DNA of 64,000 nucleotides, from contig CAJVPI010000020.1 of the NCBI GenBank assembly GCA_910592345.1, positions 1 through 64,000 on the forward strand, given 5' to 3'. A program made the position numbers and the translations under genes. Position 1 is the first letter of the stretch. Each line of letters opens with the position of its first letter. Below, piece by piece: positions 13,829-29,409 of the stretch. The notes below the pieces were generated by a model that saw only the letters and a list, made by a program, of their open reading frames with translations, did not search any database and had not been told where the DNA came from. Source of the stretch: Paraglomus brasilianum (lineage: Eukaryota).

Positions 13829-15515
13829 TGATCGAGTGAGAGAGATACAACCAGAATTTGAAGTCGAGAGGTGAGGGGGATAATAAAGCAGCTTCTTAAC
13901 GAAACCGGTCAACTCGAGTTTCGTTCAAACATATTATGATCATAATATAGATGTTGCGGGCATTCTGGGATTCAGGATTGTCACTATTTACTTTGATTTT
14001 ATCACATAAAATGTATTGTTAACATCCAAATGTACATGGGATTATTGTGATGTGATAATCTCGAAAACGGCCGTATTTGCGCCCACTTTTTTCAATTATA
14101 GTCAAGAAATCCTAAATCCCCACACATTTATCCCACACTTTTAACGTCGAACAGTATATTCCTATATATAGTATTTTACACAATGCTGACCGGAATTAAT
14201 GTTGGTTTTTACAATGAAGATTACCCCTTATATAGGAATTATAATGTGCGACGTGGGATTTCTTGACTATAATCTATTTTCAACAATTAAATTATTTAAT
14301 CAGGTTTCAAGATGCATACAGTGCATGCCAAGTTTGCGCTCGTAGTTGGATAAGAGAAAGAGGTTTTACCAACATGGCTACAGTGTGTTGTACGTGGACA
14401 TTTGGATCGAGTCCTCTCTGGAACTCTTGCCAATCTCAAAGAATTGATTAACAATACCACAATAGTGACTCCCACGATTAAGATGAAACGTTAAGTTGTA
14501 GGCACTCCAATGGTATCAGATGTTCATAATCCGATTTAAACTTATTAATATTAATATCGATACATTCTGTATCAGAGATACAAAATGCGGGTTATATTTG
14601 GATTCACAAGGTTAAATTAATTGAACCAAAATTAACTATATTAGTTAATAACTATTTTAGCTTAGCAGTGCCCTGCATAAAGTTTGTTGTCTTTAATAAA
14701 CGGCGACGTGTTATGAGTGAGGCAAGTGGCCTAATTGGGGACTTGTTTTGGTAATACTAATTGAATTCATTCATACCCATCGAGACAAGGCGGACAATAA
14801 TAACTAATAATAATGTTGCATGTCTATGAGAATACGTATAATAACGGATTGATATAGTTCCGGGAAGTGGCCTCATTCGTGATTACTTTGCAATCAGCGA
14901 TCTTCTTGAGATTACGTTTGAAAATCTCTTCCACGATCAAACCGTCTATGTCTATTTACTGGAATTATATATCGCGTTCGATATTTTCTTGCACATTTAG
15001 ATCACGTATTGTAATGGATCCACTGGTTACAATAAAGCGTTTATTTATTTTACCAAAACCTATAGTAGATTAACATTTGACAAAAGCAAAGCAAAAAGAC
15101 TGGATTTTTCTGTCAACAAAGTGATTGGGCAAACAATACTTATAGCATTACTAAATAAAGAATGTCAGTTATATGACAATATGAAAATAAAATTAAATCA
15201 TTGCTTTTTATTTTATTAAGTTTAGTTGGTTCAGGTTTACATCAATGAAACTTCTTTCACAAATGAGTTATAATCCTTAAAGCATGTTGTTTTTGTTAAA
15301 AACTGACCATCAGTATTACGAAACAATCTCTACTTAAATTCAGTCTACACTGAATAATATCGAGACTTCAAATGGACGGTTAACGACACGAATTTAATCG
15401 TAATAGTGATCGTACAATTCATCAAAGTTTCTGGCTTACTAAAATAAACACCGATACATTAGTATTCATAGATTATTTTTCTTAACATCAATACAATTAA
15501 TACCTACAATTGTAC

Positions 15516-18012
15516 CTATTCTCGATCTCTAATAGGTAGGAGTTTACTAGAATATTTACTCTCCTTCTCAAAACGTGACAAGGGTTTTACGTCGTTATGA
15601 TAGATGGTATCCCAAATAGGTTTATCAGAGTTCTGTATATCCCATCTAAAATAATAACAAAAAGAAAAAATATCTGGACGATTGTCAGATTGGCATCGCA
15701 ACACAGCATGGCAATATACTTACAAACTGTTGGTGCTGAATAAGGCATCCACGGCAGTAGTCCATTCGAAATATCGTGTACTAAACTATTATCAAATTGT
15801 CTATTTCTGAAAGGCGGTTCACCGCTAGCAAGCAAATACATAATAATACTGAAGGCATATACGTCTGATTTCTGAGTGAATTTGCCCGTAGTGAAAACTT
15901 CCGGCGCAACAAAAGGCAAGACTCCTTTAATGCAAGTTGATTCGTATTTCTCCGATCGAGCTAGACCAAGATCGAGTAGAAGTGGCCTAGGCAGAGGAGA
16001 ATCATTTCCAGGCAAGCTACGGGGCTTGACGTCCATGGCTATGTTGTCTCCATGGAGGTTTCTATGTACCAATCCGCAGCGATGAATCCAATGCAGACCA
16101 AGTTTAAGATCACCCAAAAACGCACATTTCATCCTCCATGTCATTTTGTTAAAATTTTGGTCCAGATAAGACCAAAGATTACCATGCTTAGCATATTGCG
16201 AAATAATCATGTATTCGTGTGTCTCCCTTTGTCGCGCAACTCCATAGTGTCTTAGGAAATCTTCGCTGGAGTAAAAATGTGTAAAACATTTGGCTTGGTT
16301 TACGACCTATGAAGAAAAATAATAAAATGTTGAGATCCAGCATAACTTGAATTAATAATGTTAGAGATCGCTTACCTCGAAAATAAACAAGTCCGTCATC
16401 TCCTCAAAATTTTTAAACGCTTAAAAACAACAAGATCTTCTGAAGCGTTTTTATATTTGGCAGTATAAACTGTTGCATAACCACCCGATCCAATCTCTTC
16501 GATTTCATTAACATCGATATCCTGAATAATCTGTAAATCGTCATCAAATGGCAGATGCAAATGTTTATCCAGTATCGTGTCTATCTCATAGTGGAATACT
16601 AAATAGTAGTCCCGAGTAGACGACTCGTGAGTGATACCAATGATCCAAACATTATCAGTTCCTGACAATATCTCCGGGTAATCTTTGGTCAACTATTGGT
16701 TAAACAATACAATTTGATCAAAACACGTCCTCATTATTCAAATGTAATAATGTCGCTACATTATTTACGCGTAAAAGTTCTTTTACCTGATAAAAATCAA
16801 ACGACTGTGCATACTGTCCATCGACTATTTTCTTGAGTATCACTCAATTTATTTCTTGCTGGTTCTAAACAATCCGCTGTATGTGTGCATCCATGGTGTA
16901 ATAATGGGGTCTCTCGCACGTTTGTCAACCGAGAATACTCTATCCATTGTAGATAGCCATCGTCATCAAACACAGCATCACGCCATGATTTTTCTATAAA
17001 CGAATCCAATGCCTTGTTGCCGGTAGTCCAATAAGGAGCCGTGGTTTTGCAATCAAAACAGAATGACTTTAGCACAGGGTTTAATGGTGCTGTACATGCT
17101 AGACAAAGGCCAACTTCATTTATATCTTTAATTAAAAAATATTCTTGTGATTCATTATCAAATGTAAATCCGATAGTGCTCCAAAAAGTAGGATCAAGCA
17201 AATCCGGATGGTCATCGCATAACTGGAGGAAATCAACGTTAATGACTAGTAATATAAGATTCACTAACATTAATAGTTTACCTTATCATAATCCGTTTCA
17301 TCCGTTATCTCGAGCGGAACCAATTTTACCCTAGAAAGAATGGTTGGAATAGATATAGTCCAGTGATTTCCCTCATCATAAACACGATCAAATGGAATCC
17401 ATTCCAAATAGGCATCATTTGCTGACTTTGTTTGTAATTGAGATTTTTTAATAAACTCGTCAAGTTTCTTATTATTGCTGGTCCACCCATTGGACACTTC
17501 TTTATGGCCACAAATGCACCACACGGGACTACATCTCAGCAATCCACATGCCGAGCAGAAACATATAGGTAATAACTATGACAAAAGCGGTCGCCAGCTA
17601 CCAGATAATAATTATCATAATACCTGGTAAACCCTTCTATCTCAATACTTTCAAGCCATGTCGGATATCTTCTGAAATGACTGACAATAGTAGTCCGTAT
17701 ATCAGCATATTTTGTTAGAAGTGAGTACACTCTGGCAACCTCACTTATATATTCTGGCGTACATTTTTCAGCGCTTCCAAGTAATATCAGCATGTATGTC
17801 AGCGCCCAATTGCGCCTGGCGCGTTTGACATGAATGACGGTTTGACCGTTAATGCTTTTCGGACTTGACACTATGGCAGTAAAGTCCGTTATATCAATCC
17901 ATTTAGGGCGCCTGTCAGCTGCCGTCCGTTTAATACAATTGTCAATTGCCGGACATCCTGAAGCATTAGACGACGACGAATTGGAAGTAAAATTCGAGAT
18001 AGAGTTACCCAT
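15516..18012 (-). pseudogene. Tyrosine-kinase-like protein kinase of the Glomeromycota-expanded type, frameshifted
   Basis: Kinase motifs IGSGGYATVY, HRNLHGDNI (catalytic D replaced by N), DLGLA, GVLPFVAPE, KSDVYAFS. N-terminal repeats WTSNNKKLDEFI...EWIPF and WTTGNKALDSFI...WIEY. Several frame changes occur without splice signals. Confidence 0.8.
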
Positions 18013-18992
18013 CTTGATCTGAACACAAAATTGCCACGAACACGTTCCAATAAATATACCATTCACAGTGACCAGTAAAAATTAAAATAAAATTCCTTTG
18101 ACAAGTTTATTCGAAAAGAAAGCCCTATCTTTTGTTAACCGCCAAACAAAAGCAGCAAATACCGACTTGGAATTAGCTAAAGAATGAAAACAACTATAAG
18201 AGTATTATACGGTTGATGTGTTACCAGTAAAATCTTGTGTATTTATACGAGGGCGTAGCTCGATCAGCGAAGAAAACCTGGTTACCTGTTTTAAATTCAA
18301 CTCAATCTCTGTAAGGGCATTCGTTTGTTTGTTTTTTTTTTGTTTTTTTTTTGCCTCATCTTTCTACGAGAATTAAATTGCAAATGTTGATATCACATAC
18401 TGTAAGTCAGTTTGGTGGCCCATTGTAGTGTTACTTGATGCCATAGACATCATATTGAGCATGGTATTTCTATTATTATAAATTAATTACCAGAGTAAAA
18501 GAGGATATTGACAGCAGACGCATTAACGACGCGCGCAAATTTTATTGCTTCAGGTGATTAAGCTTCGTATTAAAACAAAATATATCATTTCGAGTAGTAT
18601 TATTCTTTAATACTAACAAAGAAGAATATCTCGATAAAAGCTTATTGACACCATGACGGAAATTAATGGGGATGAGCCTATTCGTCTGTATTCTCTCTAA
18701 CCCATTGCAGAGGAATTTAACCTGGATCGGTCTAGTAACCGATCTCCAAGTATCATTAATCATGACGATGAAGTATGTGTATGAAAGTAATTGGCTGACT
18801 TCTCTACGTTACACAACGCCTTCGACCTTTTCAATTCAGTCGCGGCCAAAAGAGCTTATTTGGACAGAATTAATTCGTTCACGATACCACTGACACGTCT
18901 ATATGTTACTTTTAGTGCTTCATTTCTAAGTCTTCTTGTACTATATCATTGTTCAAGATTCATTTTGACCCAAACGTATATTAGAACAACGC

Positions 18993-21900
18993 ATGTCCGA
19001 TCACATAGCACCAAAACCCGCCGACCCTACAAAGGTAGCAAAAGACTTGGCCGACGCCAGTGAAAAGTCAAACGTGTATTCATTCCCTCCTGACGCCACG
19101 CCTGCTGCAAAAGCAGCACTTGCAAAGTCAAAAGAGGCTGCAGGAAAGGGCTCTGTTTCTGAGATCTTGAGTAGTGACGTTAATACTACCAAGACTCCAG
19201 CCGCGTCCTCGTCCTCGTCCTTGCCTTCTTCTGTTTATCCAGACCAGAGCTCCTCCGACTCTGACCTCTTAGTCCCAGGAGGAATCACTTCTGCAGTATC
19301 AGACGTTCCAGACTGGATACGTGTCGGCTGGAACAAAGTCGCAGAATTCGAAGCGACGAATAAAGACAAGGATATCTTTGAGACCATAATCGGCGATATT
19401 TATTGTGGGAAACTTTGGCTGAATGTCGGAGCGGTATTCGTAGGCATTTTCTTGACTTGGATTATCACAGCTTTAGGATTTAGCTTCGGTTGGGTAGCGC
19501 TTCTGGCTGTAGTAACCGGTGAGTTTTTCGTAATAGTGAAGGGTAGTATATGCTACTTGTTAAGAACTCATTTTCTGTAAAGGATATAATCCTTTCCTAT
19601 GTCGATTCTAATTTCCGTAATTTCTATTATTTATAATTTTACCTGATTCTTCATTCTTTCCTAGCCACGTACTTCAAAAGCTCTTCTTACAAATACTACC
19701 GTACGGCTCGAAATGACATAATTCGCGAACTATCCCAAAAACGCCTCGAAACTGATCTTGAAACGACCGAATGGCTTAACGAATTTCTCCGTCGTTTCTG
19801 GCTGATCTTTGAGCCGGTTCTGTCTACTATGGTTGTCCAAAAGGTTGACGCAATTCTTGCCGCGTCTACTCCCGCATTCTTGGATTCCATTAGACTTTCA
19901 ACGTTCACTCTTGGCACTAAACCGCCGAGAGTTGAGAGTGTGAAGTCTTACCCGAGGGTTGAAGACGACATTGTGGTATGTATAAGATTTGTTATAGTAT
20001 ACGGGAAATTCGGAAGTGTTGGACACAATACTTGATCTGATTTATTCGCTTAAACCTGTATACAAATCTATCTTCTTGCCTTATTAAACGATAGGTAATG
20101 GACTGGAAATTTGCGCTTGAACCTAATGATGTCGTGGGTTTGACGCAAGCTCAACTTCACAACAAAGTAAACCCGAAGATCATCCTCACTGTCCATGTCG
20201 GCAAAGGCGCGGCTAGCACAAAAATACCCATTCTCCTAGAGAATATGTCCTTTTCTGGTCACCTCAAAATCCAAATGAAACTTATTAATACGTTCCCCCA
20301 TATTCAAACTGTCGATGTGAGCTTCCTGGAACCACCAAAATTTGATTTTGTGTTGAAACCAGTTGGAGGTGAAACGTTTGGATTCGACATTGCACACGTA
20401 AGGACTTGATTCCGTTCGTGTAAAGAAAGCTTCGTGTAATTGTGTTTCTATGCGCAAGGATTTTGACAGTTTGATCTGATTTTTTGCAGATTCCGGGATT
20501 GATATCATTAATACATGATACTGCTCACACAGTATTAAGTCCCATGCTCTATTATCCGAATATATTCACTCTCGATTTGGAAAATATTCTTGGCGGTTAT
20601 CCAATAGGTAAATGTACCTCACGTACCAGAAAAATCTGCTCTGCTACCAGTTGCTTCTTCCCTTGGATTATAATTAACACCTTTCCATACGATGCTTTTT
20701 TAACTACAGAAATGTCTGCTGGTGTGCTCAAACTTGTAATCCGCAATGCCGAAGGTCTAAAGAACGTTGAAACCTTCGGATGCTCGGATCCTTATGTCAA
20801 AGTCGTAGTCCATGGCAACAAAGAAGTTGCTAGAACGAAGTTCATTGATGATACACTGAATCCTTACTGGAATGAAACCCATTACCTAATATTGACGACT
20901 TTGGCAGAGCCGCTGAACTTGACTATATTCGACGCGAACCTGAACAAAGATAAACTATTAGGGAACGTCGTTTTTGAATGTTCAACGTTGAATGAGAAGC
21001 CAATTCAAGATTCCATGTAAGTTGGAAGGTGTTAGGAAACTAGATTTTTTTTTGTGCTTCAAACGTGTGCTGCTGAAGGTTATGAGATTTACCGTATGAT
21101 TCTGGTGTCTAGTACTTCTCCTGTGATTCTTGATGGGCAAGAACATGGTACACTCACTTTCGACGCGGAATGGTATCCAGTCATACATCCTAAGCCAGAT
21201 GAACCGTTGCCTGAATCAAGTAAGCTTCATTCTGATGGATACTAGTTCTTGTTTAACACTTGAATACTTCTAACCATCAAATAAATATGCACCATTTAGA
21301 CAGCGGCATTCTTCGCCTTATGCTAAATCAAGCCAAAGATTTAGATGCCACTAAATCGGTGGTTGGACAATACAGTCCATATGCCGAATTGTTCCTAAAC
21401 AAGATGCCAGTTCGCAAGACCAAGACAGTTAGAAAGACAAATAACCCGGTTTGGAATGTAAGTACGTTTCGCAGCTTGCTTTCAAATAATTTATATCTCA
21501 TACTATTCCTCATTCAACCATAGGAACACATTGAAATATTTGTAACAAATAAAGCTGCAGCCCAATTGGGAATAATTATCCGCGATGAACGTGGATTTGC
21601 AGAGGATCCCGCCGTTGGCGTATGGCGTGGTGATTTAACTGAAATTATGAAAAGCATTGAGAAGAAAAATGACTGGTTTAATCTCACGAGTGCTGCTAGT
21701 GGAAAGATACGATTGGGTTGTTTATGGATGCCGGTTCTAATGGATTCTGTTCCACATCCAGCCGGATATGGTAAATATCGAGTTATTGGACTATTGAAGG
21801 GGAGATGAATTGGAGCGAGTAGCGTCTAATATCGATACTCCGCATTCTAGTTAACGCTATTGGAATAGTCAAGTTGAAAATAAAATCCGCAAAGGATCTG

Positions 21901-24816
21901 AAGAACTTGGAAAACTTCCGAGGTGAGTTATGAGCCTACTGCCAAGTGTCAGTCCAAACACGTCAATTCGTGATGGTTGTTTACCCGTTGTCGTATTCAT
22001 TTTCTCATTGGACCAATCTATGTACTTGATCGTATACCACAGGCAGATCAGATCCATACGTTATAGTCTCACTGGGTTCAACGTTCCGTAGTAGAACGGA
22101 AGTGATTAGCAACGAATTAAATCCGGAGTGGCAAGATGAATATCACTATGTGCCGGTACACACCGATAAAGAAGTTATAGTTCTTAATGTAATGGACTTT
22201 GAGGACTCAGGATCTGATAGGCGACTGGGGAGAACGGAGTTACGTCTTAACGACCTTGTGAATAAGAAAGACGATGGAACGTATGTGGCTAGCAAAAGCT
22301 TGGACACGTGAGTATATGAGAACTATGCGGGAATATTGTACACACGAGTTTATTAACGATTCATACTCTTATGGGTACTACTAGCTCTGCCCCGTTGGTC
22401 TTTGACAACAAGGAACAAAAAGGTGAACTATTTTACGAAGCATCATTCCATCCTGCTTTGATACAATCCACGAAAACGGAGAAGAAATTTCAAGGCGGAG
22501 AAGAAAAGGTTGTTGTTGAAACATCCAAGACTGCGAAGGACATTGACATTTTTGCATACCGTACGTTATCATACATGTATACGTGCAGGAGATGGATATT
22601 TTAACTAGTTTTATGCTAAATAATATCAATGTATTTTTCTCTTAGAATCTGGCTCATTGATAATCAATATACATCAAGCGAAAGTCAACAAAAAGAACGT
22701 GTTTGTTGAGTGTCTTATTGACAGTGAAGCATATCCATTCTATAAGACCGAAAGTCTAAAGGTTTCTGATCCTATATGGGAAACTGGTAACGAAATGCTT
22801 TGATATGCAAAGGTTTGATTTTTTAAATGCCTCTCGGATAAACATCACTCATTCTTTGTACTCTTCTTGCTAGTAACCGACGTCGCGGTGAAAGAACTTG
22901 ATTTTTCCAGACTGACGATTAGATTAAAACAAAGTGGCACTAACGGGCTAATTGCAGTCTATGAGGAGAATGTTAAGAGCTTATTACGACAAAGCAAACA
23001 GAGAAAATCGGGAGATGGTGTGTGGTTAACATCTTCGACGTCACCTGATGTAAAGTTGAACATTTCATTAGATTACATACCAACCAATTTACCATTGGAA
23101 CCGAGCGAAAGTGTTAGCAGTAAGTTACGTCTCTCTTTTCAAATTATAGTAATTTAATTCGCGTATCAATATTTATTTGCGAATTTGGTCTTTGTTGTAG
23201 ATCAGGGATTATTGGTGGTGACTGTCAAAGACGCCAAAGATCTTCCAGCAGCTGATCGCTCAGGCACAAGTGATCCCTATATAGTATTCACTTATAATAA
23301 CGAAAAGATATTCAAGACGAATACAGTAAAGGAGAACTTGAACCCTGTTTATGATGAGCGTTTTGAAATACAAATTGTAAGAATTAATTGTAATGTGTTT
23401 TATACATAAGACTCTTTTTCTTTTCTAATCGTTATTTACCTTTTTTATTTAGAAATCGCGTACGGCGTCCAATTTCTATTTTGAAGTATTTGATTGGAAC
23501 CGAATAACCAGTGCTACGTTGCTAGGCAAAGCTCAAATAGATCTTAAAGATCTTCCAGCGCTTGAAGGCATAGAACGTGAAATTCCCATTTCTGGAGGGA
23601 AAGGCAGTGTTCGACTTGTTTTACTATTTCGCCCCGAATTTGTTACAAAGAGCGCGCGAATGTCCTCCTTTGCGGCTGGGGCTAAGGCCGGAGCTAAGGT
23701 CGCCGCTAATGTCGGTAGCGGTGCTGCCCAGCTTGCGTCAACTTCAGTTAGAGGCGTGGTTACTGGTGGAGGTGTGGTTGGAAAAGCCGGTGTCAATGCT
23801 GTTGGTACTGCTGCTGGGGCTGCTGCTGGTTTAGTAAGCGGTGGTGCAAAATTTGTGTTAAATAAGAATGAAGAGAAGGTGAAAGAAGAGAAAGTGAAAG
23901 GGAAGAGTGATGAAAACTTAGAGGATAAATTAAGGCCAAATATTGATAGGCAAAATTCAGAGAAGAATGAAGAGAATGGTATGTCATCATGAAAATCTAA
24001 TGATTAAGTACGAGGGCATTTAAAATGTATATTTATGATTTCGATAGGTATGTCGAGCAATCGTAGCTCAACATACATTCAACAACAAGGAGGTATAGTT
24101 AGTTTACTTATCTCATAAATAAATGCCCCAAATATAGCTCGTATAATCTGAATGAGTGGTATGTTATTTTGCAGGCGTTTCAAGTGCACGCAGTTCAATG
24201 TACCTTGATCAATCTGGAGGTATGTTAATTTGAGTTTAATGGCTTGCGTTCTTAACTGTTTTCTCATGCTTTGATGCGCTCATTGAATAGAAATCGTTGG
24301 TATGCCCGGAACACTGACTATACATATTATTGAGGCAAAAGATTTACCTCCCGAACGTGCAGGTAATAATGCGGATAAGCGACACTGTTGATATTATAAT
24401 CGCAACATTTTAATTCCTGTTTTTTTGCTTACTATAGGACCAGGTAATCCATTTGTGCGCATAAAGGTTAACAAGAAAGATTTTTTCAAAACACAAGTAA
24501 TAAAGAAGTCGCAAAATCCCAAATGGTTTGTTACTATTGTTTTCATAGCTATCCTTTTAACAGGCTACTGGGACTAACTTTAGTTTTATTATGTAGGGAT
24601 GAGGTAAGTATATTAAAGGATCTCACGGGTGTTAACATAGTGATAGGCTTTGGAGTCAAGTACCACAACAGAATAACTGCAAACGTAGATATTGGGGATT
24701 ATGAAATGGTATTATGGGACCATATCCTTCCAGGAAAATTCAATGAAGATTTTTGGGCAGATTTGGGCGAAGGAAAAGGAAAACTACATCTTAAGTTGGA
24801 ATTCGTACCAAAGTAA
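18993..24816 (+). CDS. Tricalbin / extended-synaptotagmin (TM hairpin, SMP domain, multiple C2 domains), many exons
   Basis: ETTEWLNEFLRRFWLIFEP, FTLGTKPPRVESVK (SMP); C2 motifs SDPYVKV, LNPYWNE, AKDLPAADRSGTSDPY. Confidence 0.92.
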
Positions 24817-26484
24817 AAGGATTGCTGAATCATGGGGTTCCGACCATTTGATTTAAATTGTAGTGGTTGCAAGACTCGTTAGCTTGGTATGGTGAACAAT
24901 TTGAATTTTAATTTCTTGTCGTAAGCAGTTATTCTATTTATATATGTGATAAATGTAAAGAATTCAGAAACAAAAGAACATTTTGATGTTTACGACAATC
25001 TTATTGTTTGAACAATTTGTATTCTCTATGACTATTATTAATGTATTGTTGCCTGCAAAATGCGAGTCCACGAGTTATTGCTGTGGTGATCTACGATGTT
25101 ACTGATTCTTATCTGCGGATATCTAGTGTAAGAGGATCTACTAGTTCATCGATTGACGCTTTGGGTTCATTGTTGTTACAATTTGATTTGCATCACACCC
25201 ATGGAGAGGTAAACATAGTGCGCTGTAGAATTTTGCCATCCGCTCGTGAACTGTTCTTTCTTGGAAAAATAGTATACCTTCCGACATTACAAAGAGCAGA
25301 ATCTCGCGTTTTGGTTTAACATTCTGGACCTGATGTGTGTGGATTGTGGCACGCAGTTTAAGTATATGTTAATATTTTAGTCCAAACGTTTTCCTTACTG
25401 ACAGGTCTATAGTTCTGACAATCACGCATAGAATGAAATTGCAGTAAGGAAACAGACTATCTCAATAATGAGATGTTTATTTTCAAATATACACCGCGGA
25501 TTTGTCAATTCTGTGGGATCAAAAAAAAACCAGGAATTCTTTACACATACTCGTATTTGTGCAGTCGGTAAAGAAATTAATCCCAAGTTAAATTATTTCG
25601 ATTTAAAATTGTTTTGTGACGGGAAGGGAACTTTTTACAGGATTGTTGGATTGAAAAACAAGCAATAATGATACATCCCTGTATTGGTCCAAACTTACCG
25701 AGAAACATTCTCGTGTTTAGTTCTCCGCGTCGATTAAGACGGATATTCCATTAGCTCAAGAATATTATTGCTAGCCAATATTTAATACTCACCGGCCAAA
25801 GTACCGAATCAATTTGAAAAAAAAAGCTTATTTTCACATTCGCGCTCTAAGCAACAAAAAAAATGTATCTATTGACGGCAGACAATAATGTACAGTATTA
25901 TTATAAGAAGGATATACGTGAGGCCACTGAAGTACATTCATTTCAATAAGAACTATAACTTAGAATCGGGATGGTGGCCGTAAAAAAATTATAACCGGCT
26001 ACTTGACATTCGCAGAATGGCCTGTAGGTTCCAAGAAGTTTAATTCTTTTCCCTTTAAGCTAGGGTAGAAAATATAATCCAAATACTGTGCGTAGACTCT
26101 GTAAAGAACTATACGAATGACTATTTACGTCAAACTTGGAAATTATTCTGGGATACTCATATCGCGTTCGGAATCACCTAATATCGAGTACACATACTGG
26201 CAATGATTTTTGATTATATGAAGTACCGTTAGTTCGCGTATTTATGTTACACGTGTAATTTTACGACACTTTTACTAAAGCTAATATGAAGTTGTAAGAA
26301 CTTTCACTGGTGAAATCACGTTGCTTTGCCATTTTTAAATCTATGCTTAATAAGTGTCGCAATAATGTAATAGACAATGAATTGCGTGACAGTCGATCAG
26401 CATTCTTGCCACTCCACTTGTATTAATTGTGTGACCGCAGACAAAATTCTATAATATTAATGATATTAGTATACTTTGCTGTCA

Positions 26485-28766
26485 ATGCCTTCAGAAAACT
26501 TTTGGTTAAAGTCGCGGCTACAAGCTCTTAAACGGTCTGGTCTGTCAGAAGATGTCTTTATAGCAATATTGCTATGTCTTATATCAACAAACAAACATCT
26601 TATTCTTACTGCACGATCTGAGGATTTGGACGATCTACGAAGTATGACCGAGCAGGTTAAACCAAGGCTACTGACAACCACTTATAATCTACGAAAAGAC
26701 AAGTGCATTTGTTAATTAGCCTTTTTCCTGTCCACTTACCATTTTCAGATCCTCCTGGTCGTGTTTGGTCTAACGTGTTCTACCATAACCTGTGAACCGT
26801 CCCAAACGCTAGCAGATTTCACTTCTTCCCTGTTTGCCCGCTCTCGTGATGATGCTTCAATCGCTACACATTCAGTAGAAGACAACGGTGGTCTGCATAG
26901 AATGGGCACGCAGAAATCTTACCGGTCTATCCGAACTGCGAGTTCAACGAGTCTGAATACAGAAAGTAGAGGATACGAGGGAAAGAACGAAGGCCGATCA
27001 CGCAAGCGAAAATCAAATTATTCTCATGTATCTAGTGCATCTAATCAACCATCCAGAGATAGTAAGGAGTTGGAGAACATGGAAATTCTGGGAATAGCAA
27101 ACGAGAGGCAGCTGGAGATTGAGAATCGGTTCTATAATTCGCCGGAAATGGAAATTGAGGAAATTACCGAGGTATGAGTTCCAGTAATCTTTCTTGCTCC
27201 ACTAGCAGTTTTTGCAACTCCCAAATGACCAATATTGATAATATTGTTTAGTCAAGAGATAGAATAAAATCTGTAGATCAAACGAATCCATTAAGAAATC
27301 CAATCTTGACAAATGCACGCCGACGTGACAATTACTTTCCACCATCCTCGTCCACGTCCTCAATGTCATCCTTTACCAATTCGGAAACTCCCTACATACC
27401 TTCCTTAACTCCTTCGCCTTTTGCGTCTCACTCGTACAGTCTTCGACCAGATTTTTCTCCACGCAATTATACAACACATCATCTTTCCTATACCGGTCAA
27501 CCGCACCAGCCGCCACCATTATCACCGATGGATTTTACAATACCAAGGAGGAGACATGACAGCATTGTAACCACCGGGGGGAGTAATCCGCCATCCCCAT
27601 TCTTGTTTGCAAAGCATATAGCACAGGCAGTCATAATAGAGCGACTAGACGAGGGAGATGAAGAGGTTCAATTTTTCCTGTTGGAGGTAAAGCAGAAGTA
27701 TAGAGAAGGACGTATGAGCGATTGGATGGAAGAGGGCACAAATATTTCTCGTCGGAGTTATTACTGCTTTTAACCCTATACTTTATTATTCTTTATGAAG
27801 ACGATAATTAAAAAACGATTCTGTTATCGAAAGGAGTCGCATAGTCTCCCCAAGCCTTTCATTGTAATCGCATTATTACCAACTATGGAGGAACGCCTCA
27901 ATTTACCTAGTCAGTTGGTAAGTGTTGCAAAGAAAACTGAAAGATTGTATATACCTATATAACTGTATGAAGTTGCTATTCTGAAGATGTATAAACAAAT
28001 AGGCAGAGAATTCATTTATCCAATGGAAGATCGAATATTTATGAGTGCCTTTTTGATATATTATGGAGCTTGACAGGTTTTTCATAAGTTACGAATACGA
28101 GAACGATACATCGAGAGTACCTGCGAATGGAATGTATAAAGGAGAACCTATCAAACCGACGGTAAGAGTACACATTTTGTTTACATCCCCATTTATGTTC
28201 TTCTCGTCTTCACTCTACTTTCGCGCTTTCTGAACAATGCCGACATTCAATATAGGAAATCAAAGAACTAGAGAGAAAAATAGATAAAGTATCTGTCCAT
28301 AATGACATACAACGATACATGAGAGATATAGTGGTCGGTTTGCGTACGCACAGACTGATCAAGGGAGGAATAACAGCTAGAACTTCGCGTGATTTTGAAA
28401 AGCTTGCTAAGTGAGTTAATTGTTCGTTAATAGCTTGTATCTTTGGCCGCATATTAACCTTTATCCTCGTCCATCGTTTTGTTTGTCTGTATCATACTTT
28501 GTGATCGTTTTCTTTCCAATGATCATCTTAACAGAGCTGTGGCAGTAATATTCGATCGCACATTTATAACTCCGGATTTAATTCTTATAACAGCCGAAAA
28601 AGTCTTTGCTCACAGACTGATTCCTCGTGAATCCGTGGATGATAGAAGTGTCATGTATGGAACAAAACGATTGCCGCTGCTTAGAGTTAAAATGGAAGAC
28701 GGCTGGGAATGTAATGTGAGAGATATAGTGGCAGATGTGTTGCAGATTGTTAGGCCTCCAGTGTGA
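26485..28766 (+). CDS. MTC2-like / Mg-chelatase-MoxR-type AAA-lid protein, multi-exon
   Basis: C-terminal IQRYMRDIVVGLRTHRLIKGGITARTSRDF...FITPDLILITAEKVFAHRL resembles the AAA lid of the fungal Mtc2 family. Middle exons are Ser/Pro-rich. Family call is from memory. Confidence 0.65.
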
Positions 28767-29409
28767 AAGTATGGTTGAGAGCGGTTTGCTTCTTACAAAC
28801 GTTTGATTGTATAATAATACTTGAGGTTTGGGCTATGCGGGAATTAGGGGTAATACTGAACGAAGTGAATGCGATGACACGAACGATTTCAAGGTTGTAT
28901 TGTAAACACAAACTCACCTTAATATTCGGTTTGCTTGAATCCTAATTACTGGTTAAAATTATGGATTTAAGCGTTTAATTGAACGCGCAAAAATTAATAT
29001 TAAGTAAAGAAATTAAATTAAAATCAAATGCTAAAAATTAGTAACTTTCAATTAAGCAATACTGTATTTTGACTCTGACTTTCATCGCATAATTGCATTA
29101 AATTTTATGCTTTAACTCTTTATCCTCGTAATCACTATTCTATCCAACATTTTATGCATGGTGCTTTTTGAATATTTATGAGGAAATCTACAAACTCTTC
29201 GTCTATTAAATTAAATGATAATTGTGCAAAGGAAACAGCATTTGGCGAATTTTCATAATTCCAGGCTAAACGACAATTAAATACTAATATCTTTTTGCAT
29301 CGGTTAACACGTGCAAGATTTCTTTAAATTTGATGAATTGTACACATTTTAATCTCATGTGATCCCAACATCTAATTTTCGTCCGAATCATTCATGGTTC
29401 GTATTTGCA

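Noticed and set aside
23640..23860. Gly/Ala/Val-rich repetitive segment with overlapping ORFs on both strands
   Set aside because: A low-complexity linker between tricalbin C2 domains; the antisense ORFs are shadows.
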